Of a DNA stretch of 61,200 nucleotides, positions 49,274 through 58,605 are shown piece after piece. The position numbers and the translations under genes are program-made. The stretch comes from Phycisphaerae bacterium (GTDB lineage Bacteria; Planctomycetota; Phycisphaerae; SM23-33). The notes beneath the pieces are model-generated. The model was not told the origin of the DNA, did not search any database, and was given only the letters and a program-made list of their open reading frames with translations. The DNA is taken from NCBI GenBank assembly GCA_003551645.1, contig PUND01000018.1:1-61200 (forward strand), written 5' to 3'. The first letter of the stretch is position 1. Every line of letters starts with the position of its first letter.

Positions 49274-49654
49274 TCAGAACTCGTACCGCGGCTCGCCGGC
49301 AATATCAACGGCGTAGAACTGACCCGGCACGAGGCGGACTTTTTTCAGTGCGTCGGGGAAGCGGCTTTGGATCTCACCCAGCAGCCCGCCGTTGAGCAGC
49401 ATCTGCAGGCGGAAGCGGTGGGCGGCCGAGTCCACCATCACCGTCAGCGTGCCCCGCTGGAATCGCTCCAGCGCGGTGTGCTCACGTATCTCGGCCGGCA
49501 CTACCTCGTCCCAGATACTCGCCAGTCGGCTCAGGGCGCGGACTCGACGGGCGAGATGGTATTTCATGAAAATCTGGAGGGGCTGGCTGACGTGAGAGAC
49601 CCGTTTGTCCGGCCGTCGCTGTTGCCAGACCGTCTGCAGCAGTGCGTCATCCAT
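49274..49654 (-). CDS. DciA/DUF721-family protein
   Basis: W.EVVP.EI.EHT......GTL.V.VDSAA...L pattern. Confidence 0.75.
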   Translation of the reverse strand: MDDALLQTVWQQRRPDKRVSHVSQPLQIFMKYHLARRVRALSRLASIWDEVVPAEIREHTALERFQRGTLTVMVDSAAHRFRLQMLLNGGLLGEIQSRFPDALKKVRLVPGQFYAVDIAGEPRYEF

Positions 49655-49896
49655 GACTACCACTCCCTGGCGATCGCGTCGGTAATCTGTCGTTCAAAAA
49701 CACCCACGACATCTGGACACGAAAGCTACCAACTGAATCGAGGAAGTCAACGCCAAAACTTGAGTCCTTTGCGACGCCCTGTTGCCACAATGGCTCGCGG
49801 GGCGGTATAATTTACCCGCTATCAGCAAAAGCGTCGCGGCAGTTCGGGCTGTGGCGCGGTCCGTAGCATAAAGAACGCATCTCAAGGAGCTGTCTC

Positions 49897-50643
49897 ATGT
49901 CAGGCAAAGCGTTCACGTTGATTGAGCTTCTGGTTGTCATCGCCATCATCGCCCTGCTTATGAGCATCCTGATGCCGGCCTTCGGGCAGGCGCGGGAGCT
50001 CGCTCGCAATATCAAGTGCGCGACCAATCTGCGGGGCTATGGAACCGCGCTGCACATGTACACGGTGGACAGCGACGATGTACTGCCGCCGAGTTTCGAC
50101 TGGTTGTTCATGCGCGGCGGCGACGCCACAAGGGGACTTTTCGAGCCGGACGTACAGCCGGATGGGTATCTCTGGCCGTACCTCAGGCACCGGGAAATAC
50201 ACATGTGCCCGGTGTTCGAACGAGTCGCCGACGAGGGATACCGGTACTCCTACGTGCAGAACGCCTTTCTGCACGGCGACGGCTTTCGAGGTGACTACGG
50301 GTATGATTTCAAGGTAACCAAGCTCACCGAAATCAGCAACCCAACCGAAACGCTGGCATACACAGAGGAGAACACCTGGGTTGTGGACGGGTTGTATAGC
50401 GTGGCCCGCAACGACACCAACATTCGCCCCGCCGGCCCAACCGGCAACCCCCTGGATGGCGTGGCGACCTACCATAACCCGCCCGGCGGCGACATCAACG
50501 CCGGCGAGGCGAACGCGGTGTTCGCGGATGGACACGTTGATAGCATCACAGCCGACGATCAGCGCGAGGGAAAAGTCGCCAAACTTGCCTGGCCGCTGCC
50601 GTCGAGGCCGGACTGGATAGAGAACCTGCGTCCGAGGAACTGA
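49897..50643 (+). CDS. Prepilin-type N-terminal methylation protein with H-X9-DG-like C-terminus
   Basis: [30 protein letters not shown]; SD AAGGAG; TATAAT at ~49806. Confidence 0.9.
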   Translation: MSGKAFTLIELLVVIAIIALLMSILMPAFGQARELARNIKCATNLRGYGTALHMYTVDSDDVLPPSFDWLFMRGGDATRGLFEPDVQPDGYLWPYLRHREIHMCPVFERVADEGYRYSYVQNAFLHGDGFRGDYGYDFKVTKLTEISNPTETLAYTEENTWVVDGLYSVARNDTNIRPAGPTGNPLDGVATYHNPPGGDINAGEANAVFADGHVDSITADDQREGKVAKLAWPLPSRPDWIENLRPRN

Positions 50644-50749
50644 TCTGCTCGGTCGCAAGGGCGTCCGTGTGCCACGGACATATCAGGGTGCGCCCGGCGT
50701 TCCGGAATGGTTCTCGTTTCCGGCGTGCGCTGGCCGGCGGTAGCGACGC

Positions 50750-51595
50750 TTAGTCATCGGGTCCGGCGGCCAAGCGCCCTGCGTTCACCGGCCAGCTTTC
50801 GCCACTCACCCACGGCGCGACGTGCCCTGCGACGAATTCGGGCCTGGTGGACGCCTGGTGCGGGCTGCCGGCGTCGGCGGGTACCCTGATTTGGAATAGC
50901 TTGCGATAGGCCCGGCGCTTCTCGGCCGGGGTGTCTGCTCCGGGCGTGGCGAAGCCCTCAAGCCCCGCCGACGAGCCGCGGGCGCCGTCAACGGTGCCGG
51001 CGAGTGTGGTGCCCAGCCCCAGCAGTCCCACGTCGCGGGGGTTGTGGAAGTTGACTATGCCCTTGCGGCAGTTGTTCAGCGCCTCGGTCAGGTCGTAGTT
51101 TGAAGAGATGCTCGCCGACAGCAGCACCAGCCCGTCTATCCTTGAGCCGTCGGGCATCGCCTCAGCGGCGAAGACGGCTATGCCGCCGCCGCCGCTGTGT
51201 CCGATGATATACACCGGCCGTCCGGGGTAGGACTCCTTGTACTCGACGATTTTTCCCGCGATGCGCCTTCCGGCCCGTCGGTTGCCCGCCACATCAATCT
51301 GGTTGAGCACCATACCCGCAAGGGGTATGGGTCGGCCCCAACTGTATATGGGCATGGCCGCCTCGACACCGGCCGTATCCAGCCCGCGGCGGATGTTGCG
51401 ATTCAGCGAGCTTTCGCCCTCGATACCGGGCAGAATTACGACAAGCCCCTCGTTCTCACGCTGTTGGGTGACGTACACTTCATTGCCTCGCCCGCAGCCG
51501 ATGATGGCCGCGGACAATACCGTCACAAACACCGCCACCGGCGGCCGGGCGGGGGTGGCGTCACCGCGAACCGTGTTGGATCGTTGCGAAAACAT
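50750..51595 (-). CDS. Putative alpha/beta-hydrolase lipoprotein
   Basis: Lipobox-like IIGC, LPGIEG oxyanion region, GHSGG nucleophile elbow, later D and H; start uncertain. Confidence 0.7.
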   Translation of the reverse strand: MFSQRSNTVRGDATPARPPVAVFVTVLSAAIIGCGRGNEVYVTQQRENEGLVVILPGIEGESSLNRNIRRGLDTAGVEAAMPIYSWGRPIPLAGMVLNQIDVAGNRRAGRRIAGKIVEYKESYPGRPVYIIGHSGGGGIAVFAAEAMPDGSRIDGLVLLSASISSNYDLTEALNNCRKGIVNFHNPRDVGLLGLGTTLAGTVDGARGSSAGLEGFATPGADTPAEKRRAYRKLFQIRVPADAGSPHQASTRPEFVAGHVAPWVSGESWPVNAGRLAAGPDD

Positions 51596-51791
51596 CCGAT
51601 TTGTCGCCTCGCTTATTCAGCCGCAGGCCGCGGGTTCGCTGCCGCGGATCCAGGCCGGCGCCGAGCGAGCCGCCGTCCGAACGGCGGCTGTCGGTGCCGA
51701 CGTTCAATTTTAGTTGAAAACTTTGGACTTTAGTGCCGAAAATTAGCAAGTAATCGTACCATCGGGTCCGCTGCCAAGGATGAGGTCCGCC

Positions 51792-52250
51792 ATGTCGCTG
51801 GAAGATGATGAATTCAGCCCTCCCGAGGCGTCAGAGGAATTCGTGCCTGTGGTGTTCGCCCGTTCGGTTGACCAGGCCGAGGTGTACTGCGAACTACTAA
51901 ACGACCACGACATCCCGGCCATGGTGGGCGACGTCGAGGATGAGGACGACTCCGCCGAGCGAACGCCGAGCATGGCCCGGGGCGTGCCGGTGCTGGTGCC
52001 AGAGGCGCTGCTGGACGAGGCCGGGGAGGTAATCGCCGAGCGGGAGGACGCCGAAGGCGAGTTCGAGCTTGGCGAGGAAGATGTGGACGACGAGGAAGAC
52101 GACGAATTTGATGAGCTGGACGAGGAATTCACGCCGGGACCGCCGGTAGAGGCCGAAGACGAGTACCTCGGCGATCTCGACGACCTCGATGATGAGGACG
52201 GCCTCGACGACGAGGACGATGAGGAAGATGAAGACGACGAAGACATATAG
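51792..52250 (+). CDS. DUF2007-like protein with a very acidic C-terminal tail
   Basis: A.....LL..HDIPA...GVPVLVP....EA core; D/E-rich last ~65 aa. Confidence 0.65.
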   Translation: MSLEDDEFSPPEASEEFVPVVFARSVDQAEVYCELLNDHDIPAMVGDVEDEDDSAERTPSMARGVPVLVPEALLDEAGEVIAEREDAEGEFELGEEDVDDEEDDEFDELDEEFTPGPPVEAEDEYLGDLDDLDDEDGLDDEDDEEDEDDEDI

Positions 52251-52343
52251 CCGTGCGGAGCGGACCTTGGCGGTCGTGCTCATGCCCCGGTGCCGGCTGG
52301 TCGATAATTCGACCGGAGAGACTATGCGCCGAGGAGGCCTGTA

Positions 52344-52685
52344 ATGTCGGAATCGTCCGAGAAGACTTCTGAGAAAACCCAGGACCGCCGCGAAGGCGGC
52401 GACCGTCGCGCAAGCGTTGTGGACCGTCGCAGCGGGCTTGACCGCCGCAGGAAGAATCAGCCGTATCCCGGGCTGGAGCGCCGTCGCGGGCCTGGCCGGC
52501 GAAGAAGTGACACTCGCCGGTCGGCCGAGGAAGGCGAAATGACCGACGAGCAGTTCGCGTTCATCCGGGCCATCGACGAATACAAGCGGATCAACGGCCG
52601 ACCCTTCCCGACATGGACCGAGGTGCTGGACGTAATAAAAGCCCTTGGGTACAGAAAAGTGGCGGAACCGGAAGATATCCGGTAG
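52344..52685 (+). CDS. Hypothetical protein with DRR/ERR arginine repeats
   Basis: DRREGGDRR, DRRSGLDRR, YPGLERRRGPGRRR; C-terminal AIDEYKR.N.RPFPTW.EVL..LGY. Confidence 0.75.
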   Translation: MSESSEKTSEKTQDRREGGDRRASVVDRRSGLDRRRKNQPYPGLERRRGPGRRRSDTRRSAEEGEMTDEQFAFIRAIDEYKRINGRPFPTWTEVLDVIKALGYRKVAEPEDIR

Positions 52686-52709
52686 AATTACGGTAACGGC
52701 GGATGTCGG

Positions 52710-53354
52710 ATGAACGCACTGTGTATGGTCAGCTTGAGCGGGTCCCTTCGTGTCACGGCTGTCGTGGCGCCGGTGGCGGCGTACTTTCTGATTCTGGGAC
52801 TGCTTAACAGCCGATTCCGCCCGCAGCTTCTTACCGCCCGGCTGGACTTCGCCCTGTTGGTGACGCCGCTGGTGCCTCTGGTTCTGATCCCCGTGCTGGA
52901 ATACATCGGGACCGTTGCGGGGCTGGTTGTGGCATGTGTCGCAATGCTGGCCGCATTCGTCCTGCTGGCCCCGGGCCGGGGCGAGTGGGTCATATACAAC
53001 ATGCCGGTCGGACAGGGCCGTCGGGCGGTCCGCCGCGCATTCGAACGGGCCGTCGCCGCCGATGTGCGCGAGGCGGGCGATGACCTGGAAAACGCCGACT
53101 CGACGGCGCGTGTTGAAATCAGCAGCTTCCCGCTGCTACGGAACCTATCAGTCGCCCTTCGGGGAGGCGACGAGGCGCTCAGGCGGCGGCTGGAGTCCGA
53201 GCTGTCCGCGGAGGTCGGAACGGTCGAGGCGAGGACAAGCCCGATGGCCGTCGCCCTGCTGCTGGTCGCCACCGGCATGCTGGTGCTGCCGCTGACGCTG
53301 GTCGCACCGCGGGCCGGCGAGATAGTCCGCCTGCTGACAGACCTGTTACCGTAG
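52710..53354 (+). CDS. Hypothetical membrane protein
   Basis: Several hydrophobic segments; co-oriented in the gene string; start uncertain. Confidence 0.6.
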   Translation: MNALCMVSLSGSLRVTAVVAPVAAYFLILGLLNSRFRPQLLTARLDFALLVTPLVPLVLIPVLEYIGTVAGLVVACVAMLAAFVLLAPGRGEWVIYNMPVGQGRRAVRRAFERAVAADVREAGDDLENADSTARVEISSFPLLRNLSVALRGGDEALRRRLESELSAEVGTVEARTSPMAVALLLVATGMLVLPLTLVAPRAGEIVRLLTDLLP

Positions 53355-53469
53355 CCGTCGGGGGGGGTTGGCGTTTTTGCACGATTGTGCCCCTTGAACC
53401 CGGCGGCTCTTATGGTAAACTGGCGGTTTCGGAACAGTCCCAGGAACCAGTAACCCCAGAGGCATCACC

Positions 53470-53718
53470 ATGAAGAAGGACATACATCCCGATTACTCCG
53501 AAGTGACCGTGACCTGTGCGTGCGGCGCCAAGGTTACCACGCGCTCCACCCTCGGCCGCGACGTCACGACCGAAATCTGCTCCAGTTGCCATCCGTTCTA
53601 CACCGGCCGGCAGAAGTACGTCGATACGGCCGGTCGAGTGGAGAAATTCCAGCGCAAGTACGGGCAGGACTACTTCAAGCCCCGCGAGACCGGCAAGAAG
53701 AAGACGGCCCGACGCTAG
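53470..53718 (+). CDS. rpmE: 50S ribosomal protein L31 (Zn-binding type)
   Basis: [27 protein letters not shown]. Confidence 0.96.
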   Translation: MKKDIHPDYSEVTVTCACGAKVTTRSTLGRDVTTEICSSCHPFYTGRQKYVDTAGRVEKFQRKYGQDYFKPRETGKKKTARR

Positions 53719-53737
53719 CTCAGCCGGAACCTCAAAG

Positions 53738-53775
53738 CGCCGACACGACCCCCGCGCGGACGGTCGGCGTTTTTT
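53738..53775 (+). terminator. Putative intrinsic terminator between rpmE and prfA
   Basis: CGCCGAC...GTCGGCG stem followed by a T-run. Confidence 0.55.
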
Positions 53776-53811
53776 GTGCCCGCACAGATCCCGCTGAGAT
53801 GGTTGCCAACA

Positions 53812-54921
53812 ATGTCTGAGCGACAGGACACACTCACCGACAAGCTCGAACAGTTAGAGGCGCGCTACGACGAGGTCGCCGGGCAGATGAACGACCCCGA
53901 AACCGCCTCGGACGGGCGGCGCATAGTCGCACTTTCCAGGGAGCACGCAAGGTTGGGCAGGATCGTCCAGCCCTACCGCCGTTACAAAGACCTGACCCGC
54001 CAACTGCAAGAGGCCCGGGCACTGGCCGAAGACCCCGACGGCGACCAGGAAATGCGCGAGCTTGCCCAGGCGGAGGTTGAGGAGCTTGCCCCGAGCGCTG
54101 AGCAGTGCCTTGAGGAGGTCAAGGGGCTGCTGGTGATGTCCGACGATGAGCGGATAGACTCGCTGATCATCGAGATTCGCGCCGGCACCGGCGGCCAGGA
54201 GGCGTCGCTGTTCTGCGCGGACCTGCTGGGCATGTATCGCCGCTACGCCGAGAGCAAGGGCTGGACGTTTGAGCTTCTCTCGGGCAGCGCGACCGAGATG
54301 GGGGGCTACCGTGAGGTCGTCGGCAACATCCGCGGCGAGGGCGTCTGGAGCCGCCTGGGATACGAAGGCGGCGGACATCGCGTGCAGCGGGTGCCGGAGA
54401 CCGAGGCCCAGGGGCGGATACACACCTCCGCGGCCACCGTGGCCGTTCTGCCGGAGCCGGATGAGGTGGAAGTGGACATCGACTGGGACAACGACGTCGA
54501 AGAGCACGTCAGCCAGGCGGGCGGTCCGGGCGGCCAGAACGTCAACAAGGTGGCCTCAGCCGTCAAGCTCGAGCACCTTCCCACCGGCATAACCGTCTCG
54601 ATGCGTGATGAGAAGTCGCAGCACAAGAACCGCGCCAAGGCCAGGCGGATACTGTCGGCCCGCGTAGTGGAGCATCTCCACAGCCAACAGCAGGCCGCCG
54701 AGGACGCCGCCCGGAAGGCGATGATCGGCTCCGGCGACCGCTCGCAGCGGGTGCGGACATACAACTTCCCGCAGAACCGCTGCACCGACCACCGGCTCAA
54801 GGGCGAAGGGCAGGAAGGCGCCAACTTCAACCTCGAAAGGGTCATCGCCGGCGACTTGGATCCTGTTATCGAGGCGCTGATTGCCCGCGACAAGGCCGAG
54901 CGGCTCGCGCAGTTCGCCTGA
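53812..54921 (+). CDS. prfA: Peptide chain release factor 1
   Basis: PxT motif RVPETE, GGQ motif, RTYNFPQ.R.TDHR. Confidence 0.95.
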   Translation: MSERQDTLTDKLEQLEARYDEVAGQMNDPETASDGRRIVALSREHARLGRIVQPYRRYKDLTRQLQEARALAEDPDGDQEMRELAQAEVEELAPSAEQCLEEVKGLLVMSDDERIDSLIIEIRAGTGGQEASLFCADLLGMYRRYAESKGWTFELLSGSATEMGGYREVVGNIRGEGVWSRLGYEGGGHRVQRVPETEAQGRIHTSAATVAVLPEPDEVEVDIDWDNDVEEHVSQAGGPGGQNVNKVASAVKLEHLPTGITVSMRDEKSQHKNRAKARRILSARVVEHLHSQQQAAEDAARKAMIGSGDRSQRVRTYNFPQNRCTDHRLKGEGQEGANFNLERVIAGDLDPVIEALIARDKAERLAQFA

Positions 54922-55053
54922 TACCCCTCACGACAGTTGAATGCTCCTAGGGGTATTACCTCGGCCGCCGCGAAAACACACAAACAGACCGGGCCGTCGC
55001 GCTAAGGGGGTAGTTGGCGGTTCGCGGCTCGCAAGTCGCGACTCGACAGAGTC

Positions 55054-55245
55054 CTATTCGAGGATTTCGAGCAGCCGTTCCGTGAGGACGATGTGCTTGC
55101 GCTTCTGCCGACGGACCTGGTCTATCCGCTCGCGCTCTTTGGCGTCGGATACATAGCCCGCCAGTTGGGCGTACACCTGCTCGGCCTCCCGCTGATCGGC
55201 CAGCAGGCCTTCGATCTGCTCGCGTAGCATTGCCTGTTCAAGCAC
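55054..55245 (-). CDS. Small helical hypothetical protein
   Basis: Amphipathic two-helix pattern; overlaps the stop of the upstream small ORF; GGAC/GGCGG upstream. Confidence 0.55.
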   Translation of the reverse strand: MLEQAMLREQIEGLLADQREAEQVYAQLAGYVSDAKERERIDQVRRQKRKHIVLTERLLEILE

Positions 55246-55477
55246 GGCCGCCGTCCTTCACATACTTGCCGGCGATTTGTGCCGCCTGGTCGCGGTGCAG
55301 GTTGGTTTCGTTCCGCAGTGCCGAGATAATCGCGTACACCTCGGCCCGCTGTTCGGGGTCGAAACACTCTGCGTGCGCGATCTCATCGGCCGCGGCGTCC
55401 AGGGCGGCGGCAAGCCGATCCTCGATGGCCGCCAAGTCCGACAAATTTCTATTTCCCGAAGTGTTCAAATCGGTCAC
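55238..55477 (-). CDS. Small helical hypothetical protein
   Basis: GTG start with GAGG/AAGG upstream; host-like codon usage. Confidence 0.55.
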   Translation of the reverse strand: MTDLNTSGNRNLSDLAAIEDRLAAALDAAADEIAHAECFDPEQRAEVYAIISALRNETNLHRDQAAQIAGKYVKDGGRA

Positions 55478-55626
55478 AACCTTGCCTCAATGCCGACGGC
55501 GCAAAAAAGGACATGTCCCTTATTCTCATTATCCCGCGCGGCGGCCTCCGATGCAAGAGCGTTACCGACAAAATCCGGCGAAAACGCATCCGACGCCGAA
55601 GCGGGAAACCGGCCCGGCATACCCCC

Positions 55627-55661
55627 AAAAAAGGCAGGCCCGCCGGCTTTGACGGGCCTGC
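55627..55661 (-). terminator. Intrinsic terminator downstream of tRNA-Leu
   Basis: GCAGGCCCG/CGGGCCTGC stem followed by U6 on the minus strand. Confidence 0.75.
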
Positions 55662-55693
55662 TTTGGGCAGAAGCTGTCCGCTGCGCGGGTAAA

Positions 55694-55780
55694 TGCCCGG
55701 GACTGGATTCGAACCAGCACGGGGTATAATGCCCCATCAGGCCCTCAACCTGACGCGTCTGCCAATTCCGCCACCCGGGC
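55694..55780 (-). tRNA. tRNA-Leu(GAG), 87 nt, CCA not encoded
   Basis: GCCCGGG acceptor stem, GGAATTGGCAGAC D-arm, TCAGG-TTGAGGG-CCTGA anticodon arm, long variable arm, GGTTCGAATCC T-arm. Confidence 0.96.
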
Positions 55781-55923
55781 GAGCATTCCCGCCCAGAAGC
55801 ACGATACGCCACCGGCTTTGACCTGTCAAGCACCACGGGTGCTTCATGTGGTCCCCTAGACTTGGCAATTTACCGGACGGGCATTCACGGCCGGGGCGGC
55901 CGTGCCGCACACCGCTCGGACGT

Positions 55924-56946
55924 TCAGAACTCACGCAGCAGTTCCAGCAGTTTGCGGTCCAGTTGGTGGCCGCGGAACGGCTCGTAGTCCGCATCGTCGC
56001 GGCCGGAGTCCAGCACGCCGAACGGACCGCGGAGGTTCCACAAGGCCCAGCCGATGCCGTGCGAGGTGAGTATCTCCAGCACGTCGCGGAACCACCGCAG
56101 GAACACATCGTGCGGCGTGCGGTTGTAGCAGCCGCCCTCGCCGCAGTGGGCGCCGACGCCGGAGTCGATCAACTCCCCCCACGGCCGATAAAAATCCTCC
56201 AGCGTGGAGCGGTCCCAGGTTTTCCCGTAGTAGCCGACAGCGCCCGGCCAGGTCGGTTCCGGCCAGCGGCCGCCGTCAACCCAGCGGGCCTTATAGTGGC
56301 TGACTCCGAGTGGATGGTAGCCCCGGCAGCTCTGGGCAGCGCCGGTGTCGGCCAGTTCCGGGCAGGCCAGTCGCCCGGCGGCCAGCCCGTCGATGATGAT
56401 AAGCCGGTCGGGATCGATTCCGTGGATGCGCTCGATGGCGGTTCGCATGACCCGCTCGTGGTCGTCGCGGCTCATGCGGGGGTCGTCCGGCTCGGGCGGT
56501 TCGTTGATAAGGTTGAAGCTTATTCCCCGCGGGTCTCGTCCCTGGTATCGCTCGGCCATCAGCTCCCAGTGCCGGCAGAATAATTCCAGGGCGTCATCGT
56601 CGGTCCACAGGTTGCCCGGCTCGCCGACGCGTTTGTTGATGCAGTAGCCCGGGGCATGGTGGAAATTCACACTCACGTGCAGATCGCGCGAGCGGCCGAG
56701 GTCAACGGCCCGGTCAAGCTCGACAAGTGCCGACTCCTCCAGGTCTGATTTCGGATCTTCTGGGTCTTTCAGCCAGAGCCGATAGCACAGCGGCAGGCGG
56801 ACGAAATCAAAACCCCACTCGGCGATGAGGTCGAAGTCGGATTCGGCGAAACCATCGCACCTGCGACGGCTGAACATGCCGAGCAGGTTGAAGCCCCGCC
56901 AGCGGGGAAGGTCATTTGGGCGTCGCGTGTTTGTGTTGTCGCTCAA
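55924..56946 (-). CDS. Glycoside hydrolase family 5 (cellulase family)
   Basis: WRGFNL, GFDFVRLP, INEP acid/base, HCGEGG nucleophile, GWALW; TTG start after SD GGAAGGA. Confidence 0.88.
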   Translation of the reverse strand: MSDNTNTRRPNDLPRWRGFNLLGMFSRRRCDGFAESDFDLIAEWGFDFVRLPLCYRLWLKDPEDPKSDLEESALVELDRAVDLGRSRDLHVSVNFHHAPGYCINKRVGEPGNLWTDDDALELFCRHWELMAERYQGRDPRGISFNLINEPPEPDDPRMSRDDHERVMRTAIERIHGIDPDRLIIIDGLAAGRLACPELADTGAAQSCRGYHPLGVSHYKARWVDGGRWPEPTWPGAVGYYGKTWDRSTLEDFYRPWGELIDSGVGAHCGEGGCYNRTPHDVFLRWFRDVLEILTSHGIGWALWNLRGPFGVLDSGRDDADYEPFRGHQLDRKLLELLREF

Positions 56947-56959
56947 GGGGGAATCCTTC

Positions 56960-57132
56960 CGGAAACCTCGAGATACGGAACTCGGCATCCGAAGCAAAAC
57001 CTAAGCCCCAAATTCATAAGATGTTGCGCCTCCGGCGCCGATCTGAAGACACACGCGGTTCCTGACATTGAACGTTTGGGCTTCGCTATTGTCGGGTGCT
57101 TGGTGCTTCGTGATTATCTGTTTTTCGTGCTT
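56960..57132. repeat. Long degenerate inverted repeat with ~7-nt periodicity, no ORF
   Basis: AGATACGGAAC-TCGGCATCCGA-AGC..AAGCCCCAAA pairs imperfectly with TTTGGGCTT..GCT..TCGGGTGCTTGG-TGCTTCG..TATCT. Confidence 0.45.
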
Positions 57133-57149
57133 TTACCCGCGGCTGCGCT

Positions 57150-58286
57150 TCAGTCTATTTCCGACAGCGCCATGCCCAGGATGCCCTTGGCCAGTTCGTT
57201 AAGCGCGTCAAAGTCACCCTTGAAATGAATGGTCCTGTGTGAGTGGGTTATCGCCTCCCCGCCTTCCAGTTCGGCCGCGGGCGATGATGTTTCGATCTCG
57301 TAGAACGGTCCCATCGGCTCCTCGCCCGGCGCCGGAGGCCCGTCGTTGTAGCTGTTGATGACGTCCCCGGCGTAGGGGTCGTCCTGTATCTTCCAGAGAC
57401 TGTTGACATAAGGCAGATCCGAGGCGTTATCGGGCAGGTTGAACTGCACCACTGTCAACACGCCTGCGTCGGGGTCGTAGCTTCCGAGTACGTCTTTGGC
57501 GCGTCGGGGGGCGATGCCTATTTTGCTGCGGAACTCTCCGTCGCAGGTGAACAGCACGTGGCCGTCGGTGGTGCGGCAACGGTCGGGTGGAAGCTCGCCG
57601 AAATAGTCGGTCGTCACCCCGTCGGACGGCTCGGCCGGGGAACCGGCCAGGGGCACGATGACTTTTCCGCGCGGCAGGGGTCTGAACTGCCCGACTATCC
57701 AGATGCTCAAAAGGCCGGTCTCGCGCTTCCACGGGCTGTCACCGGCGTTGATGAGCGTGTTGACCGACTCGAACGCAACGGTCGAGACGTCTTTCGGGGT
57801 CCGCGCCAGCAGATGCGAGATGCGGTCATCGTCGAGCACGTGGATCGTTCTGTGAACGTCGCAGGCGAAGGTCGTACCGCCGTAGTTCGCTACCTCAAAC
57901 CGCCTGGCCATTTCAACATGATCCGGCTTGGCCGAGACGACCTCGAAGGCGCCGGAGTTGAACCCCGGCGGCGTGCGCCAGTGGTCCAGGTCGAACGGCT
58001 CGCCGTCGCGGAACCACAGCCCGAACTGTCCCGCCTCCGGTCCGAGCCAGAAGCGGTCCTCGCCGCCGTAGTTGTTGAAATGCTCGTCTTCGGCGCCGGA
58101 GGCGATAAACCGTTCGTTGATCCAGCCGAAGCTGTCGCCGTCGTCGCCGGCGAGCGTGGAGGTCATCACCCGGCCCTGGAAGGCGGGCGCCACGGCCGCG
58201 GCGGCTCCCGACGGTCCGGTAAGCTCGACCACCTCCGCGTGTTGTTTGAGAAATGCCACATCGTCGGCATAGGTCCTGCCGGGCAT
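57150..58286 (-). CDS. Conserved hypothetical protein (DUF6786-like, probable beta-sandwich/mutarotase-like fold)
   Basis: QGRVMTST, SFGWIN, GGEDRFWLGPE.GQF, SYNDGP, FYEIETSSPA. Confidence 0.7.
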   Translation of the reverse strand: MPGRTYADDVAFLKQHAEVVELTGPSGAAAAVAPAFQGRVMTSTLAGDDGDSFGWINERFIASGAEDEHFNNYGGEDRFWLGPEAGQFGLWFRDGEPFDLDHWRTPPGFNSGAFEVVSAKPDHVEMARRFEVANYGGTTFACDVHRTIHVLDDDRISHLLARTPKDVSTVAFESVNTLINAGDSPWKRETGLLSIWIVGQFRPLPRGKVIVPLAGSPAEPSDGVTTDYFGELPPDRCRTTDGHVLFTCDGEFRSKIGIAPRRAKDVLGSYDPDAGVLTVVQFNLPDNASDLPYVNSLWKIQDDPYAGDVINSYNDGPPAPGEEPMGPFYEIETSSPAAELEGGEAITHSHRTIHFKGDFDALNELAKGILGMALSEID

Positions 58287-58464
58287 GTCGGTTTCCTTTC
58301 GTTCGAGGCCGGGATAAGGGCTTTCCCGTGCGGCAAGCATTTATCACAAATGAGGCCACCGGACAACCCTTTGGCGGCCGGCGTCGTAAGACAGATAATG
58401 GCGGTGTGAATTTTGAAGTCCCGCTGGCCGATTAGTAGGATGGCGGCCGGGTTGCCCGCGCGGG

Positions 58465-58493
58465 TTGAATGGCGGACGCCCGGTAAATAGAAT
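58465..58493 (+). promoter_or_regulatory. Putative sigma70-type promoter of clpC
   Basis: TTGAAT-17 nt-TAGAAT. Confidence 0.6.
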
Positions 58494-58605
58494 GTACTGA
58501 GGCGTAAGAGCCGATCGTGGCTTACGCCGCAACAGGATATACACCGCCGGCCGCACAGGCCTGCCAAACGCTCCGGAAGCGGGCAAATACTTACAGGAAA
58601 CCGCG

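Noticed and set aside
54922-55780. Genomic island integrated at tRNA-Leu
   Set aside because: No integrase, no duplicated tRNA 3' end seen in the window, and core genes lie close on both sides.
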